A program made the position numbers and the translations under genes. A DNA stretch of 64,000 bases from an uncultured Rhizobium sp. GTDB taxonomy: Bacteria; Pseudomonadota; Alphaproteobacteria; Rickettsiales; UBA1997. Positions 28,553-38,257 of this stretch are shown here, in pieces. The notes beneath the pieces are model-generated. The model made no database searches. It saw nothing but the letters and a program-made list of their open reading frames with translations, and was not told the origin of the DNA. Each line of letters begins with the position of its first letter. Position 1 is the first letter of the stretch. The DNA lies in the NCBI GenBank assembly GCA_964444545.1, contig CAYUHG010000002.1, forward strand, positions 45,989-109,988, in the 5' to 3' direction.

Positions 28553-29290
28553 ATGACCAATTGTATTTCGCTGGCCAAGAACTTTGTTGCGATAATTTTT
28601 TTATGCTCTCTTTCAACGCAAGTTTTTGCTTATGCTGGTGCAACAAAAGGGCACTATTTCCAAGTTGATGCAGTTGGTATTAATAGTACAAATCGCTTGA
28701 GCGCTTCTTCTGAATATAAAGCATATAGTACCTCAACTTTTGGTGATACTTATGTTGATGGGCAGAGATATTACGTATCTAACGAATATCCAAATCCTGA
28801 TGGTGTAGGTTATGGTTTCACCTATAAATATGCTTTCAGTGCTGAAAAAACTTTGATTGATCCTTTAAAATGGTTGTTTGTCGCCCCGGCGGTTTTTTAT
28901 GAAAATCTTGGAGTGAGTGGAGCTGGAAAGTCTTATGGAAACGTGGTTGAACTAAATAATCGCTACGGATTTAAAGTTGATGTTGGTTACGATTTTGATT
29001 ACGGTATTGCGCCATTTTTGGTTGGAGGTTTATCGTCAACTAACTATACGATCAGAATGTCAGATTCAGTTAACAAAGATGTTAAAAGTGGTAGTGATAT
29101 GGCGACTTTTTACGGTGCCGGCATTGGATATAGTCCGTTTGATAAATTCTCTTTTGTTTTGGAATATAACGAACAGTCTAATATTTTTAAATCACATGTT
29201 AGCGGTGATTATACCACCACTGGAGCTTATTTCGACAAGGTTTACAGTAAGAATCGTATTTTAAAATTTGGTATCGCATACCACTTCTAA
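28553..29290 (+). CDS. outer-membrane beta-barrel protein
   Basis: Signal peptide, alternating Gly/aromatic beta-strand pattern and C-terminal ...GIAYHF. Confidence 0.65.
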   Translation: MTNCISLAKNFVAIIFLCSLSTQVFAYAGATKGHYFQVDAVGINSTNRLSASSEYKAYSTSTFGDTYVDGQRYYVSNEYPNPDGVGYGFTYKYAFSAEKTLIDPLKWLFVAPAVFYENLGVSGAGKSYGNVVELNNRYGFKVDVGYDFDYGIAPFLVGGLSSTNYTIRMSDSVNKDVKSGSDMATFYGAGIGYSPFDKFSFVLEYNEQSNIFKSHVSGDYTTTGAYFDKVYSKNRILKFGIAYHF

Positions 29291-29302
29291 TTCTAACTCG
29301 CT

Positions 29303-29383
29303 GTCATCCTGAACGAAGTGAAGGATCTTGTTAGAAAAATTTGGAGTTTGGCTAACGAGATCATTCACTTTGTTCAGGATGAC
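29303..29383. repeat. family-1 palindromic element; overlaps the last codons and stop of bioA
   Basis: gtcatcctgaacgaagtgaaggatcttg...gagatcattcactttgttcaggatgac. Confidence 0.8.
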
Positions 29384-30636
29384 AATGTAAGAAAAATTGC
29401 ATCGGTAATTTTTCTCAGCTCTGACTTTTTGATGTTAAGCGCTGGCATTACGTAAACGCAATTCGAAAAAGGACGTAAGAAAACTCCGGCGGCGACAAAA
29501 TCTTTCCGCAATCTTTTCATCAATTCAAAATCACCATCAACTTCGACAACGCCAATTGCACCAAGAACTCGTATATCTTTAACTTTTGGCAGTTTACGAC
29601 ATTTTTTTAATTCTTTGCTTAAGAATTTTTCGATTTCAGAAACTTTTTGCTCGTAATTTTCCTTTTCAAAAATATCGAGAGAAGCATTCGCAGCAGCGCA
29701 GGCTAGGGGATTTCCCATAAAAGTTGGGCCATGCATCAAAGCAAAATTAAGTGACTCGTTTAAGAATTTTGTAAAAATTTCTTCTTTGACCAAAGTTGCG
29801 GCTAAGGTCATAGTGCCGCCAGTTAAAGCCTTCCCAACCACTAAAATATCTGGTGAAATTTCGGCGATGTCGCAAGCAAATTTTTTACCTAAACGATAAA
29901 ATCCAACAGCACATTCATCAGCGACAAAAAGAATTTGATGTTTTTTGGCGATGTTAAAAATTTCGTGCAGAATTGTTGTGTCACTAAAAATCATGCCGCC
30001 AGCACATTGAACTAGAGGTTCAACAAAAATTCCGGCTAAAATATTTTTGTTCTCAACGACAAATTTTTCAAAATTTTCTAAGTCAGTTTTATTTTTTGGT
30101 AGATCTAGTGAAAAATTTTTCAGCAAAATTGGTTGAAATTTTTCATGCATGCCAGAATCAAGATCAGCAAGAGACATTGCCCCAGTAGTGTCACCGTGAT
30201 AAGAATTTTTGAAAGAAATAAATTTTGTTTTATTGCGATCGCCAGAATTGATATGAAATTGCCAGCAAATTTTCATCGCAACTTCTATGGCAGTTGATCC
30301 AGAATCAGAGAAAAATACGCGATCCATTTTGCTAAACTGACAAAGACGATGTGCTAGCTTGTAAGTTGGATCGGTAGCAAATCCAGCTAACATAATGTGC
30401 GATAATTTTTTCGCCTGACTCGCAATCGTTTTGACTAAATTAGGATGTTTGTAACCATGTGCTGTTGACCACCAAGAGCTGATACCATCAATTAAAACTC
30501 TACCATCTTTTAAGAAAATCTTACTACCTTTCGCATCAATAACTTCAAGCTGCGGGACGTGATTCTGCATTTGAGTATAAGGGAGCCAAATATGATGACT
30601 TCCTTTCTGAAAATTAGACTCAAAATTATTTTTCAT
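29374..30636 (-). CDS. bioA: adenosylmethionine-8-amino-7-oxononanoate aminotransferase
   Basis: Start at MKNNFESNFQKGSHHIWLPYTQM; class III aminotransferase pattern. An alternative start is at 30654. Confidence 0.85.
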   Translation of the reverse strand: MKNNFESNFQKGSHHIWLPYTQMQNHVPQLEVIDAKGSKIFLKDGRVLIDGISSWWSTAHGYKHPNLVKTIASQAKKLSHIMLAGFATDPTYKLAHRLCQFSKMDRVFFSDSGSTAIEVAMKICWQFHINSGDRNKTKFISFKNSYHGDTTGAMSLADLDSGMHEKFQPILLKNFSLDLPKNKTDLENFEKFVVENKNILAGIFVEPLVQCAGGMIFSDTTILHEIFNIAKKHQILFVADECAVGFYRLGKKFACDIAEISPDILVVGKALTGGTMTLAATLVKEEIFTKFLNESLNFALMHGPTFMGNPLACAAANASLDIFEKENYEQKVSEIEKFLSKELKKCRKLPKVKDIRVLGAIGVVEVDGDFELMKRLRKDFVAAGVFLRPFSNCVYVMPALNIKKSELRKITDAIFLTLSS

Positions 30637-31381
30637 TGAACAAAACCGGATCAATTTTTTCTGCTGTTTCTACCCAAACATTTTGCGGAAAGTAAGATTT
30701 GAGTAAACGAAAAGCTGCCAAAGATTCTTTTTGTAAACCGATTTTGTAATACACTTCCGTAAGTCGGAAGAAGGCTTCTGGAACTTGATTGGTGCCGCGA
30801 TAGCGCTCAGTAACTTCGGTAAAATTATGAATCGCACCAACATAGTTTTTATTATACATCTGGTAACGTCCAATTGACATTTTTGCTCCAGCCAAATGTT
30901 CATCAACAAAAGATAATTTATTGCGAGCATCAATTGAATGTTCATCAGCGGGAAAACGTGCAATCAACTCTCGGAAAGTCATAGAAGCTTCGTGAGTATT
31001 ATCTTGTGCGCGATTGATTTCAGGAATCTGGTTATAAAAGGATAATCCCTTCATATACATCATATAAGGCACAGCTTCATTTGCTGGATTGAGTCGAATA
31101 AAATCATCGACTGTAGAAACTAATTTGGTGTGATCTTCATCTTTATAATAGGCGTAAACCGCCATGGTTTGTGCTTTGATCGCCCATTTTGAAAAAGGAT
31201 AATCATCATCAATTTTCGAAAAAGCTTCAGCGGCGGTGGTATAGTTTTTATCTTTTAACTGCTTCATTGCTTTGGTGTAAGCTATTTCAGCATTTTCTTT
31301 TTCTTCCTTCTTCTTAGCACAAGAAAAGAGCAACAAGCTGATTGATAAAATGGTTAATGCGATGCGGAAATTTTTTTTCAT
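30626..31381 (-). CDS. bamD: outer membrane protein assembly factor BamD (TPR lipoprotein)
   Basis: Lipobox LFSC and a YfiO-like TPR pattern (AIKAQTMAVYAYYK, GAKMSIGRYQ). Confidence 0.85.
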   Translation of the reverse strand: MKKNFRIALTILSISLLLFSCAKKKEEKENAEIAYTKAMKQLKDKNYTTAAEAFSKIDDDYPFSKWAIKAQTMAVYAYYKDEDHTKLVSTVDDFIRLNPANEAVPYMMYMKGLSFYNQIPEINRAQDNTHEASMTFRELIARFPADEHSIDARNKLSFVDEHLAGAKMSIGRYQMYNKNYVGAIHNFTEVTERYRGTNQVPEAFFRLTEVYYKIGLQKESLAAFRLLKSYFPQNVWVETAEKIDPVLFNEK

Positions 31382-32682
31382 CTTCTGATATCAATACTTA
31401 GTTGGTGGGCGTGTAAACCTTCACACTCTGCAAGAACAGAAGTGTTTTTTGCCAGTTTGGCGAAAGATTGTTTATCGCAAGAAATTAGTGAAATTCGTTT
31501 TAGAAAATCAAAAACCGAAAGTCCGCTGGAAAATTTAGCACAAGCTGATGTTGGTAATGTGTGGCTTGGGCCGGCCATGTAGTCACCAATTGCTTCTGGA
31601 GTATGATTTCCCAAGAAAATTGCTCCAGCATTTTGAATTTTGTCGACGAATTTTTGCGGATTTTTGATGGCAATTTCTAAATGTTCTGGGGCGATAAAAT
31701 TCGCTAAATGAATTGAATCGGACAAATTTTTAATCACAAAAATTGCTGAGTTTTCCAAGCTTTTTTCGATAATGGCGAAGCGCGGTAAATCGTTGGCAAT
31801 TCTGTGAATTGAAGTTGCAATTTGCATGGCAAAATCTTGATTGTCGGTGATTATAAATGCTTTCGAATCAATGCCATGTTCAAGTTGTGAAAGTGCGTCA
31901 GCGGCGATCCAATCAGCATTGTTATTTTTATCAGCAATAATTGTGATGTCAGTTGGCCCTGCAATCATGTCAATTCCAACGTCTCCGAAGAGAATCTTTT
32001 TAGCGCAAGCAACGTAAGAATTTCCTGGTCCGACAATTTTATTAACTTTGGCGATCGTTTTTGTACCATAAGTTAGAGCAGTAATAGCTTGCGCTCCGCC
32101 CACTTTGTAGATTTTTTTGATACCACAAATTTTTGCCGCAACCAAAACTGCGGGATTAATTTTTCCGCCACTTGTGGGAACACACATGCTGATATCTTTA
32201 ACGCCGGCGACCAATGCCGGAACTGCAGACATTAAAACTGAACTTGGATAAGATGCAGTTCCACCCGGTGTGTAAATTCCAACTGATTCAATGGCGCGCC
32301 ATAAATTTCCAAGTTCAACACCATCTTTGTCGTGATAGCGAAAATCTTTCGGTAGTTGTTTCTCGTGGTAAGATTTAATGCGTTTAAACGCTTGATTGAG
32401 AGCTGATTTTATTGATTTGGTAACTTGTTTTTCAGCAGCGAGAATTTCTTTTTCGGTAACAACAAAATCTGACGCTTTTTTGAAAGTGGTTTTATCGAAT
32501 TGATTAGAAAGCTTGATAAGAGCAGAGTCGCCAGATTTTTTAGTTTGGGTGATAATTTTGTTAACTTGTTCGCTAACATTAAAATCATCTTTTTGTGATT
32601 TGGTGATAAAGCTGTAAAAGGCTGATTTTGTTGAAGATTTAAGGTTATTTTCCAGCTTTTCGCTGACTAAAAAAATTTTCAT
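31378..32682 (-). CDS. hisD: histidinol dehydrogenase
   Basis: 434 aa. GGTASYPSSVLM, GPGN.YV and QLEHG motifs. Confidence 0.95.
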   Translation of the reverse strand: MKIFLVSEKLENNLKSSTKSAFYSFITKSQKDDFNVSEQVNKIITQTKKSGDSALIKLSNQFDKTTFKKASDFVVTEKEILAAEKQVTKSIKSALNQAFKRIKSYHEKQLPKDFRYHDKDGVELGNLWRAIESVGIYTPGGTASYPSSVLMSAVPALVAGVKDISMCVPTSGGKINPAVLVAAKICGIKKIYKVGGAQAITALTYGTKTIAKVNKIVGPGNSYVACAKKILFGDVGIDMIAGPTDITIIADKNNNADWIAADALSQLEHGIDSKAFIITDNQDFAMQIATSIHRIANDLPRFAIIEKSLENSAIFVIKNLSDSIHLANFIAPEHLEIAIKNPQKFVDKIQNAGAIFLGNHTPEAIGDYMAGPSHTLPTSACAKFSSGLSVFDFLKRISLISCDKQSFAKLAKNTSVLAECEGLHAHQLSIDIRR

Positions 32683-33200
32683 TATTTCAAGAGTCTGATT
32701 TTGTCACCAATTTCAATTCCGAGCTTTTGGCAAATTCCGCCATTGATTTCGAGAACTTGTTGTACGTGTTTTTCTGAAGAAATTACTTCTAAAGAACGAG
32801 GTTCAGCATTGTGTTTGATATTTACGATAATGCCATCGCCATCAATAAATAACATATCGAGTGGAATCAAAGTGTTCTTCATCCACATGGTGGCGATGAT
32901 ATTGTGATTGAAATTGAAGAGCATGGCAAAATTTTCAGGAAGATCTTTTACAAACATTAAGCCGTACATTTTTTTGTAATCATCATCTGCGATTGCGGTC
33001 ATGAATTCGGCAATTTGGGAATTGTCCTGATTAAAAATTTGCAACTTAACATTGTAGCTCTTAGGATCTTGATTGAATCGCTTCAGCTCTTCAGCGTCAA
33101 GGCTTTTGGGGGTATTAAAGATTATAATGCCGGCAATTAAGCTGATAAAAATAAAGAAGACAAAACGTCCGAAATTAAATTTCATGTTCAGGTTTTTCAT
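32682..33200 (-). CDS. DUF192-domain protein
   Basis: N-terminal transmembrane segment, then MWMKNTLIPLDMLFID...VLEINGG, characteristic of DUF192. The start is 33200 or 33185. Confidence 0.75.
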   Translation of the reverse strand: MKNLNMKFNFGRFVFFIFISLIAGIIIFNTPKSLDAEELKRFNQDPKSYNVKLQIFNQDNSQIAEFMTAIADDDYKKMYGLMFVKDLPENFAMLFNFNHNIIATMWMKNTLIPLDMLFIDGDGIIVNIKHNAEPRSLEVISSEKHVQQVLEINGGICQKLGIEIGDKIRLLK

Positions 33201-33831
33201 TTTTCTAAAATTTTTTTTGCTGCTGATTTTTTGCGTTTCGTCTAATGCGCAAGAAGGAAAAAATGTCGTAAAAAAATCTGTAGCTAAACCAGCTAAAGAA
33301 GCTCCGACGAAAATAAGATCTGATATAATCGACATCAAGAGAAAATCTCAGGCTGTGAACTTTATCGGCAATGTTGTTATTGAAAAAGAAGACAGCACTT
33401 TGCTTTCGCAAAAAATGACGGTTCTTTATGATGAAAGTAAAGAGAACAAAAAAAATACTGAAGCAGTTGAAGATACAGAAGAAAAGACTTCTGAAGAAAA
33501 TTCTGCACCTAAGTCAGAAAAACAATCATCGATAAAAAAAATCTACACTGATGAGAAGGTAAAAATTTTTAGTGATGAATTTGTTGCAACTGGCGATAGT
33601 GGATATTACGACCCTAAAGAAGATACTTTTGTTTTGGAAAAAAATGTGGTTGTGAACAATGGTGTTTCAATCGCTAAAGGCGATAAATTTATCCATCACA
33701 TTTCAACTAAGAAAAGTAACTTTGTCGGACAAAAGGAAGATAAGACGTTGGATGAAGACAAGCGAGTCGTAGTCATACTTGGTGACGATGCCAAAGAATT
33801 TAAAAAAACCAAAAAGAAAAATAATGAGTAA
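33184..33831 (+). CDS. lptA: LptA/OstA-like periplasmic LPS transport protein
   Basis: Start at [16 protein letters not shown] (signal peptide). OstA_N-like repeated beta pattern. Immediately precedes lptB. Confidence 0.75.
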   Translation: MFRFFIFLKFFLLLIFCVSSNAQEGKNVVKKSVAKPAKEAPTKIRSDIIDIKRKSQAVNFIGNVVIEKEDSTLLSQKMTVLYDESKENKKNTEAVEDTEEKTSEENSAPKSEKQSSIKKIYTDEKVKIFSDEFVATGDSGYYDPKEDTFVLEKNVVVNNGVSIAKGDKFIHHISTKKSNFVGQKEDKTLDEDKRVVVILGDDAKEFKKTKKKNNE

Positions 33832-34549
33832 AGTTTTAAGCGCTCAACATTTAAGCAAAAAATACGGTAAGAAAACTGTTATTCGTGATATTAGTTTTGA
33901 AATAAAACAAGGCGAAGTTGTTGGTCTTCTAGGGCCAAATGGTGCAGGTAAAACCACCTGTTTTTACATGATTGTTGGATTGGTTAATGTGGGAAAAGGT
34001 CATATTTTTATCGATCAAATCGATATTACTAGTATGCCGATGTATCAAAGAGCACGCTTGGGTGTTGGTTATTTGCCACAAGAAGCGTCGATCTTTCGTG
34101 ATATGAATGTCGAAGATAATATTTACTCGGTACTTGAGATTGTTGAGAAAGATGAAGCGGTGCGCAAAGCACGTTTAGAAGAATTGTTGCAGGAGTTTTC
34201 AATTACTCACATCAGAAAATCTCACGCTTTGGCGTTGTCTGGCGGTGAAAGAAGACGTGTCGAAATCGCTCGTGCTCTTGCTACAAATCCTTCATTTATT
34301 TTGCTTGATGAACCTTTCGCTGGTATTGACCCGATTGCGGTTAATGACATCAGATTGATGGTTTCGCATCTAACCAACAAAAATATTGGCGTTTTGATCA
34401 CTGATCACAACGTACGTGAAACTTTATCAATTGTTGATCGTGCTTATATTGTTTATGATGGTATGATTTTAACTTCCGGTTCGAAAGAAGAAATTGTCAA
34501 CAACATGGAAGTTAAGAAAGTTTATCTTGGTGAAGATTTTAAAATTTAG
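33824..34549 (+). CDS. lptB: LPS export ABC transporter ATP-binding protein
   Basis: Start at [17 protein letters not shown]. Walker [10 protein letters not shown], signature LSGGERRR, Walker B ILLDEP. Confidence 0.95.
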   Translation: MSKVLSAQHLSKKYGKKTVIRDISFEIKQGEVVGLLGPNGAGKTTCFYMIVGLVNVGKGHIFIDQIDITSMPMYQRARLGVGYLPQEASIFRDMNVEDNIYSVLEIVEKDEAVRKARLEELLQEFSITHIRKSHALALSGGERRRVEIARALATNPSFILLDEPFAGIDPIAVNDIRLMVSHLTNKNIGVLITDHNVRETLSIVDRAYIVYDGMILTSGSKEEIVNNMEVKKVYLGEDFKI

Positions 34550-34552
34550 TAA

Positions 34553-35770
34553 ATGATCTTTAGAAAGCTGAAAAACTTTTTTGAATTAGAAGCCGCAACT
34601 GCAATTTTATTGTGTGTCGCTACATTTATTGCGATGTCTTGGGTTAACTCTCCTTTTTCTCAAGTTTACTCGCAGACGTTAAAAATTTCACTACCGCTGG
34701 TTGTTGATTTTTTGCAAATTGAAAAAAATTTATCTCTAAAAGACTGGATCAACGATGCTTTAATGGCATTGTTCTTTTTTTTGATTGGTCTGGAACTAAA
34801 AAAAGAAGTTTTAATTGGTGAATTAAACAACATTAAAAAAATCATCTTACCGGCGATTGCCGCTTTTGGTGGTGTTATTGTTCCTGCGCTGATTTTTTTC
34901 GCCTTTAATTTTAATCAGCCGCAAAATCTTTCAGGATTTGCAATCCCAACTGCAACTGACATCGCTTTTGCTTACGGAATATTATGTTTTTTTGGCAAAA
35001 GAATTCCGCATTCTCTCAAAATTTTTATCGTAACTTTGGCAGTTCTTGATGACCTGTTGGCGATTTTAATAATTGCGATTTTTTACACTCATGAATTGCA
35101 TCTGACGCATTTATTTTTGGCGCTAGTACCTCTTACAGCCTTGTTCTTACTCAACTATAGCAAATCAGATAACATCTTCTTTTATATTCTTTGTGGAATT
35201 TTTCTATGGTTGATGATTTTGCAGTCAGGAATACACGCTACTTTGGCCGGAGTTTTGTCAGCTTTATTCGTGCCACTAAAAGTTGGTCGTAAAGACTTTT
35301 TGAATGACTTGGCTCATAAAATTTCTCCAGCAGTAAATTTTGTTATTTTACCGATTTTTGCATTGGCAAATAGTGGTGTAAAAATTTCTCAAAACTTTGC
35401 GACTGAAATTTCAAATCCACTTACTTTGGGAATAATTTTTGGTCTATTTTTTGGTAAACAAATTGGTGTGATGTTGTTTAGTTTTTTAGCGGTAAGATTT
35501 AGAATTGCTGTTTTGCCAAAAAATCTCTTTACTACTGTTTCTTGGTTACAATTCTACTCCGTGTCAATTTTTACAGGTATCGGATTCACTATGAGTTTAT
35601 TTATTGGTGAGCTCTCTTTTGTACAAAATAATATATCTCCAGAATTGCTTGAGATAATTCTTGACCGCCTAAAAATTGGAATTTTAATCGCCTCAATCCT
35701 TTCCATTTTCTGCGGAAGTTTTGTTATCCTGTTTCTCAATAAATCAGTACAATTTAAGTATGAAAAATAA
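34553..35770 (+). CDS. nhaA: Na+/H+ antiporter NhaA
   Basis: 405 aa polytopic protein. LFFFLIGLELKKE, ATDIAFA and LAVLDDL motifs. Confidence 0.9.
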   Translation: MIFRKLKNFFELEAATAILLCVATFIAMSWVNSPFSQVYSQTLKISLPLVVDFLQIEKNLSLKDWINDALMALFFFLIGLELKKEVLIGELNNIKKIILPAIAAFGGVIVPALIFFAFNFNQPQNLSGFAIPTATDIAFAYGILCFFGKRIPHSLKIFIVTLAVLDDLLAILIIAIFYTHELHLTHLFLALVPLTALFLLNYSKSDNIFFYILCGIFLWLMILQSGIHATLAGVLSALFVPLKVGRKDFLNDLAHKISPAVNFVILPIFALANSGVKISQNFATEISNPLTLGIIFGLFFGKQIGVMLFSFLAVRFRIAVLPKNLFTTVSWLQFYSVSIFTGIGFTMSLFIGELSFVQNNISPELLEIILDRLKIGILIASILSIFCGSFVILFLNKSVQFKYEK

Positions 35771-36677
35771 ATCTAGTGCCTTTTCATTGATTGAGCTTTC
35801 AATCGTTATCCTAATTATTGGGGTACTAATCGCTGGCGTTACGCAAGCAAGTCGTCTTGTTAGACAATCGAAATTAACAACTGCCAGAACTCTTACTCAA
35901 AGCTCTGCAGTTAATAGTATCAAAGGTCTAGTGCTATGGTTGGAACCAACTATGGAAAACAGCTTCAAATCTACTGAAGCAGTTGATGGAACTACTTTGA
36001 CAACTTGGTACGACATCAATCCACAGCTTTCTATCCCTAACACTTTTTCTGCTGGTACTGGTATAACTTACAAAGCTTCGAGTGGTATCAACTCTTTGCC
36101 AGCAGTTGCTTTTGCAGATAATAATACGTCTTTCTCAAATGTACTTGCTGTTCCAATTAATGCCGCTTTTGGTGCTTACACAGTTTGTTACGTTGCTCGT
36201 TCAACTAACCTTACTGCGGAAAATACTGTATTATATAACGGAACTAGCGGTACTAACGGTTTCGGTATCAGCATTACTTCAGCAGGTTTGACTAAAGTTA
36301 CTTATGGTGTTTCTTCAACTTTCAACTTCGGTATTACAGCTACTTCTGGTGGTACTGCTGATATTGTTTGTGTAACTCTTGATCCAAATTCTGTAAATGG
36401 TGTTCCACAATCAACTGCTGCTGCTAAAGCTTACAAAAATGGTGGCGGTGTTTCTAGCGATACTGCTAAAACTATCACCGTTTCTAACTGGGTTGACCCA
36501 ACTAGCGGTGCGGTTCGTATTGGTAACTCAACTGCAAGCAGCACTACTACCGACTTTATCGGTGAAATTGCTGAAATCATTGTTTTCGACAACGCTTTGA
36601 AAAAAGCTGATCGTCAAGAAGTTGAAAAATACTTGAGCAAAAAATATGGAATCACAATTGCTCAAGGTGCTAACTAG
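35760..36677 (+). CDS. prepilin-type N-terminal methylation-domain protein fused to a LamG-like lectin domain
   Basis: Start at MKNKSSA|FSLIELSIVILIIGVLIAGV. C-terminal GEIAEIIVFDNALKKADRQEVEKYLSKKYGI is LamG-like. Confidence 0.75.
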   Translation: MKNKSSAFSLIELSIVILIIGVLIAGVTQASRLVRQSKLTTARTLTQSSAVNSIKGLVLWLEPTMENSFKSTEAVDGTTLTTWYDINPQLSIPNTFSAGTGITYKASSGINSLPAVAFADNNTSFSNVLAVPINAAFGAYTVCYVARSTNLTAENTVLYNGTSGTNGFGISITSAGLTKVTYGVSSTFNFGITATSGGTADIVCVTLDPNSVNGVPQSTAAAKAYKNGGGVSSDTAKTITVSNWVDPTSGAVRIGNSTASSTTTDFIGEIAEIIVFDNALKKADRQEVEKYLSKKYGITIAQGAN

Positions 36678-36701
36678 TCTTTGAGTTGATTGAAATTAAA
36701 A

Positions 36702-36737
36702 AGCCGAGTCAGTTTTAAACTGACTCGGCTTTTTTTT
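36702..36737 (+). terminator. rho-independent terminator
   Basis: agccgagtcagt-tttaa-actgactcggct followed by T7. Confidence 0.8.
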
Positions 36738-36777
36738 GTCTATTTTTAGGGGAGTGATATATTGGATATTCGCTAGA

Positions 36778-36875
36778 GAAACCCCTCGACCCTACGGGCC
36801 ATCCCCCTTGACAGGGGGGAAAGTTGACTAAGCCCCCCTGTCAAGGGGGATGGCCCGTAGGGTCGGGGGGTTTTC
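36778..36875. repeat. family-2 GC-rich nested palindromic element
   Basis: gaaacccctcgaccctacgggccatcccccttgacagggggg...cccccctgtcaagggggatggcccgtagggtcggggggttttc. A second copy lies at 60443..60548. Confidence 0.8.
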
Positions 36876-36912
36876 CAGCAGAACTTAAATCATTTATAAT
36901 CCACGTAAAAAC

Positions 36913-38256
36913 CTACGCGTTAATGCACTCAATAATCTCATCAATAATTCTAGCTATCTGAGCTTTATCTTTTCCTTCAGCCATAACACGAATCAAATTT
37001 TCAGTGCCAGATTTGCGTACCAAGATTCGACCATTACTGCCTAATTCTTGTTCTTTTGCTTTGATAAAATCTTGAACAAATTTTTCTTCGAGAGGGTTTT
37101 TCTTACCGGCATCAAATTTGGTATTCTTCAGAATTTGTGGGAACAGCTCAAAAAGATTTACCGCTTCACTTACTGGTTTTTTTGCATCACAAACTACCGA
37201 TAAAACCTGCAGCGCAGCAATTAAACCATCTCCCGTTGTTGAATAATCTGACAATACGATGTGACCAGATTGTTCGCCACCAAAGTTACATTTATTTTTC
37301 TTCATTTCTTCCAAAACGTAACGATCACCAACTTGCGAGCGAATTGTTGAAACACCGATATAGCTCAAATAATTTTCGAGAGCCAAATTCGACATTTGCG
37401 TAACAACAACAGTATCACGTTTTAAACTGCCATCATTGTGTAATTTTTCAGCGATCATGGCGATTAATTTATCGCCATCAATTGCATTGCCTTTTTCATC
37501 AACAATTAAAAGACGATCAGCATCGCCATCCAACGCAATTCCGATGTCGGCTTTTTCTTCGAGCACTTTTTTGCACAGTGCTTCAGGATGAGTTGATCCA
37601 CAATGTTCGTTAATGTTAAAGCCATTTGGTTCAGTACCAATTTCGAAAACGTCAGCTCCAAGTTCCCAGAAAATTTTTGGCGCGATTTTGTATGCCGCAC
37701 CATTGGCGCAATCGACGACAATTTTCATGCCAGTCAAAGTTTTATCTTTAGGGAAAGAATTTTTTACGAACTCGATATAACGATTAGAAGCATCATCAAG
37801 ACGAGTTACACGGCCGAAATTTTTTGATTCAGCTAAATGCGGCGTGATATCGCCTTCGATCAATTCTTCAATTTCTCTTTCTAGCTTATCGCTGAGTTTG
37901 TGGCCATCGCGGGTGAAAATTTTGATCCCGTTATCGTGATAAGGATTGTGTGAAGCGGAAATCATAATCCCAATGTCAGCGCGAATTGAACGAGTCAGCA
38001 TTGATACTGCAGGAGTTGGAACTGGACCAACTAAAAACACATCCATGCCGACAGCTGCCAAACCAGCGGTCAAAGCCGGTTCAATTACATAACCAGAAAG
38101 TCGCGTATCTTTTCCAATCACAACGCGATGACGGTGATCGCCATCAATAAATTTCGCCCCAATCGCCATGCCAACCTTTAGGGCGATTTCTGCAGTCATA
38201 GGGAATTTATTCGCTGTGCCGCGAATTCCATCAGTTCCGAAATATTTTTTTGTCAT
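36913..38256 (-). CDS. glmM: phosphoglucosamine mutase
   Basis: YFGTDGIRG and phosphoserine loop SASHNPYHDNGIK. Confidence 0.95.
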   Translation of the reverse strand: MTKKYFGTDGIRGTANKFPMTAEIALKVGMAIGAKFIDGDHRHRVVIGKDTRLSGYVIEPALTAGLAAVGMDVFLVGPVPTPAVSMLTRSIRADIGIMISASHNPYHDNGIKIFTRDGHKLSDKLEREIEELIEGDITPHLAESKNFGRVTRLDDASNRYIEFVKNSFPKDKTLTGMKIVVDCANGAAYKIAPKIFWELGADVFEIGTEPNGFNINEHCGSTHPEALCKKVLEEKADIGIALDGDADRLLIVDEKGNAIDGDKLIAMIAEKLHNDGSLKRDTVVVTQMSNLALENYLSYIGVSTIRSQVGDRYVLEEMKKNKCNFGGEQSGHIVLSDYSTTGDGLIAALQVLSVVCDAKKPVSEAVNLFELFPQILKNTKFDAGKKNPLEEKFVQDFIKAKEQELGSNGRILVRKSGTENLIRVMAEGKDKAQIARIIDEIIECINA

Positions 38257-38257
38257 A

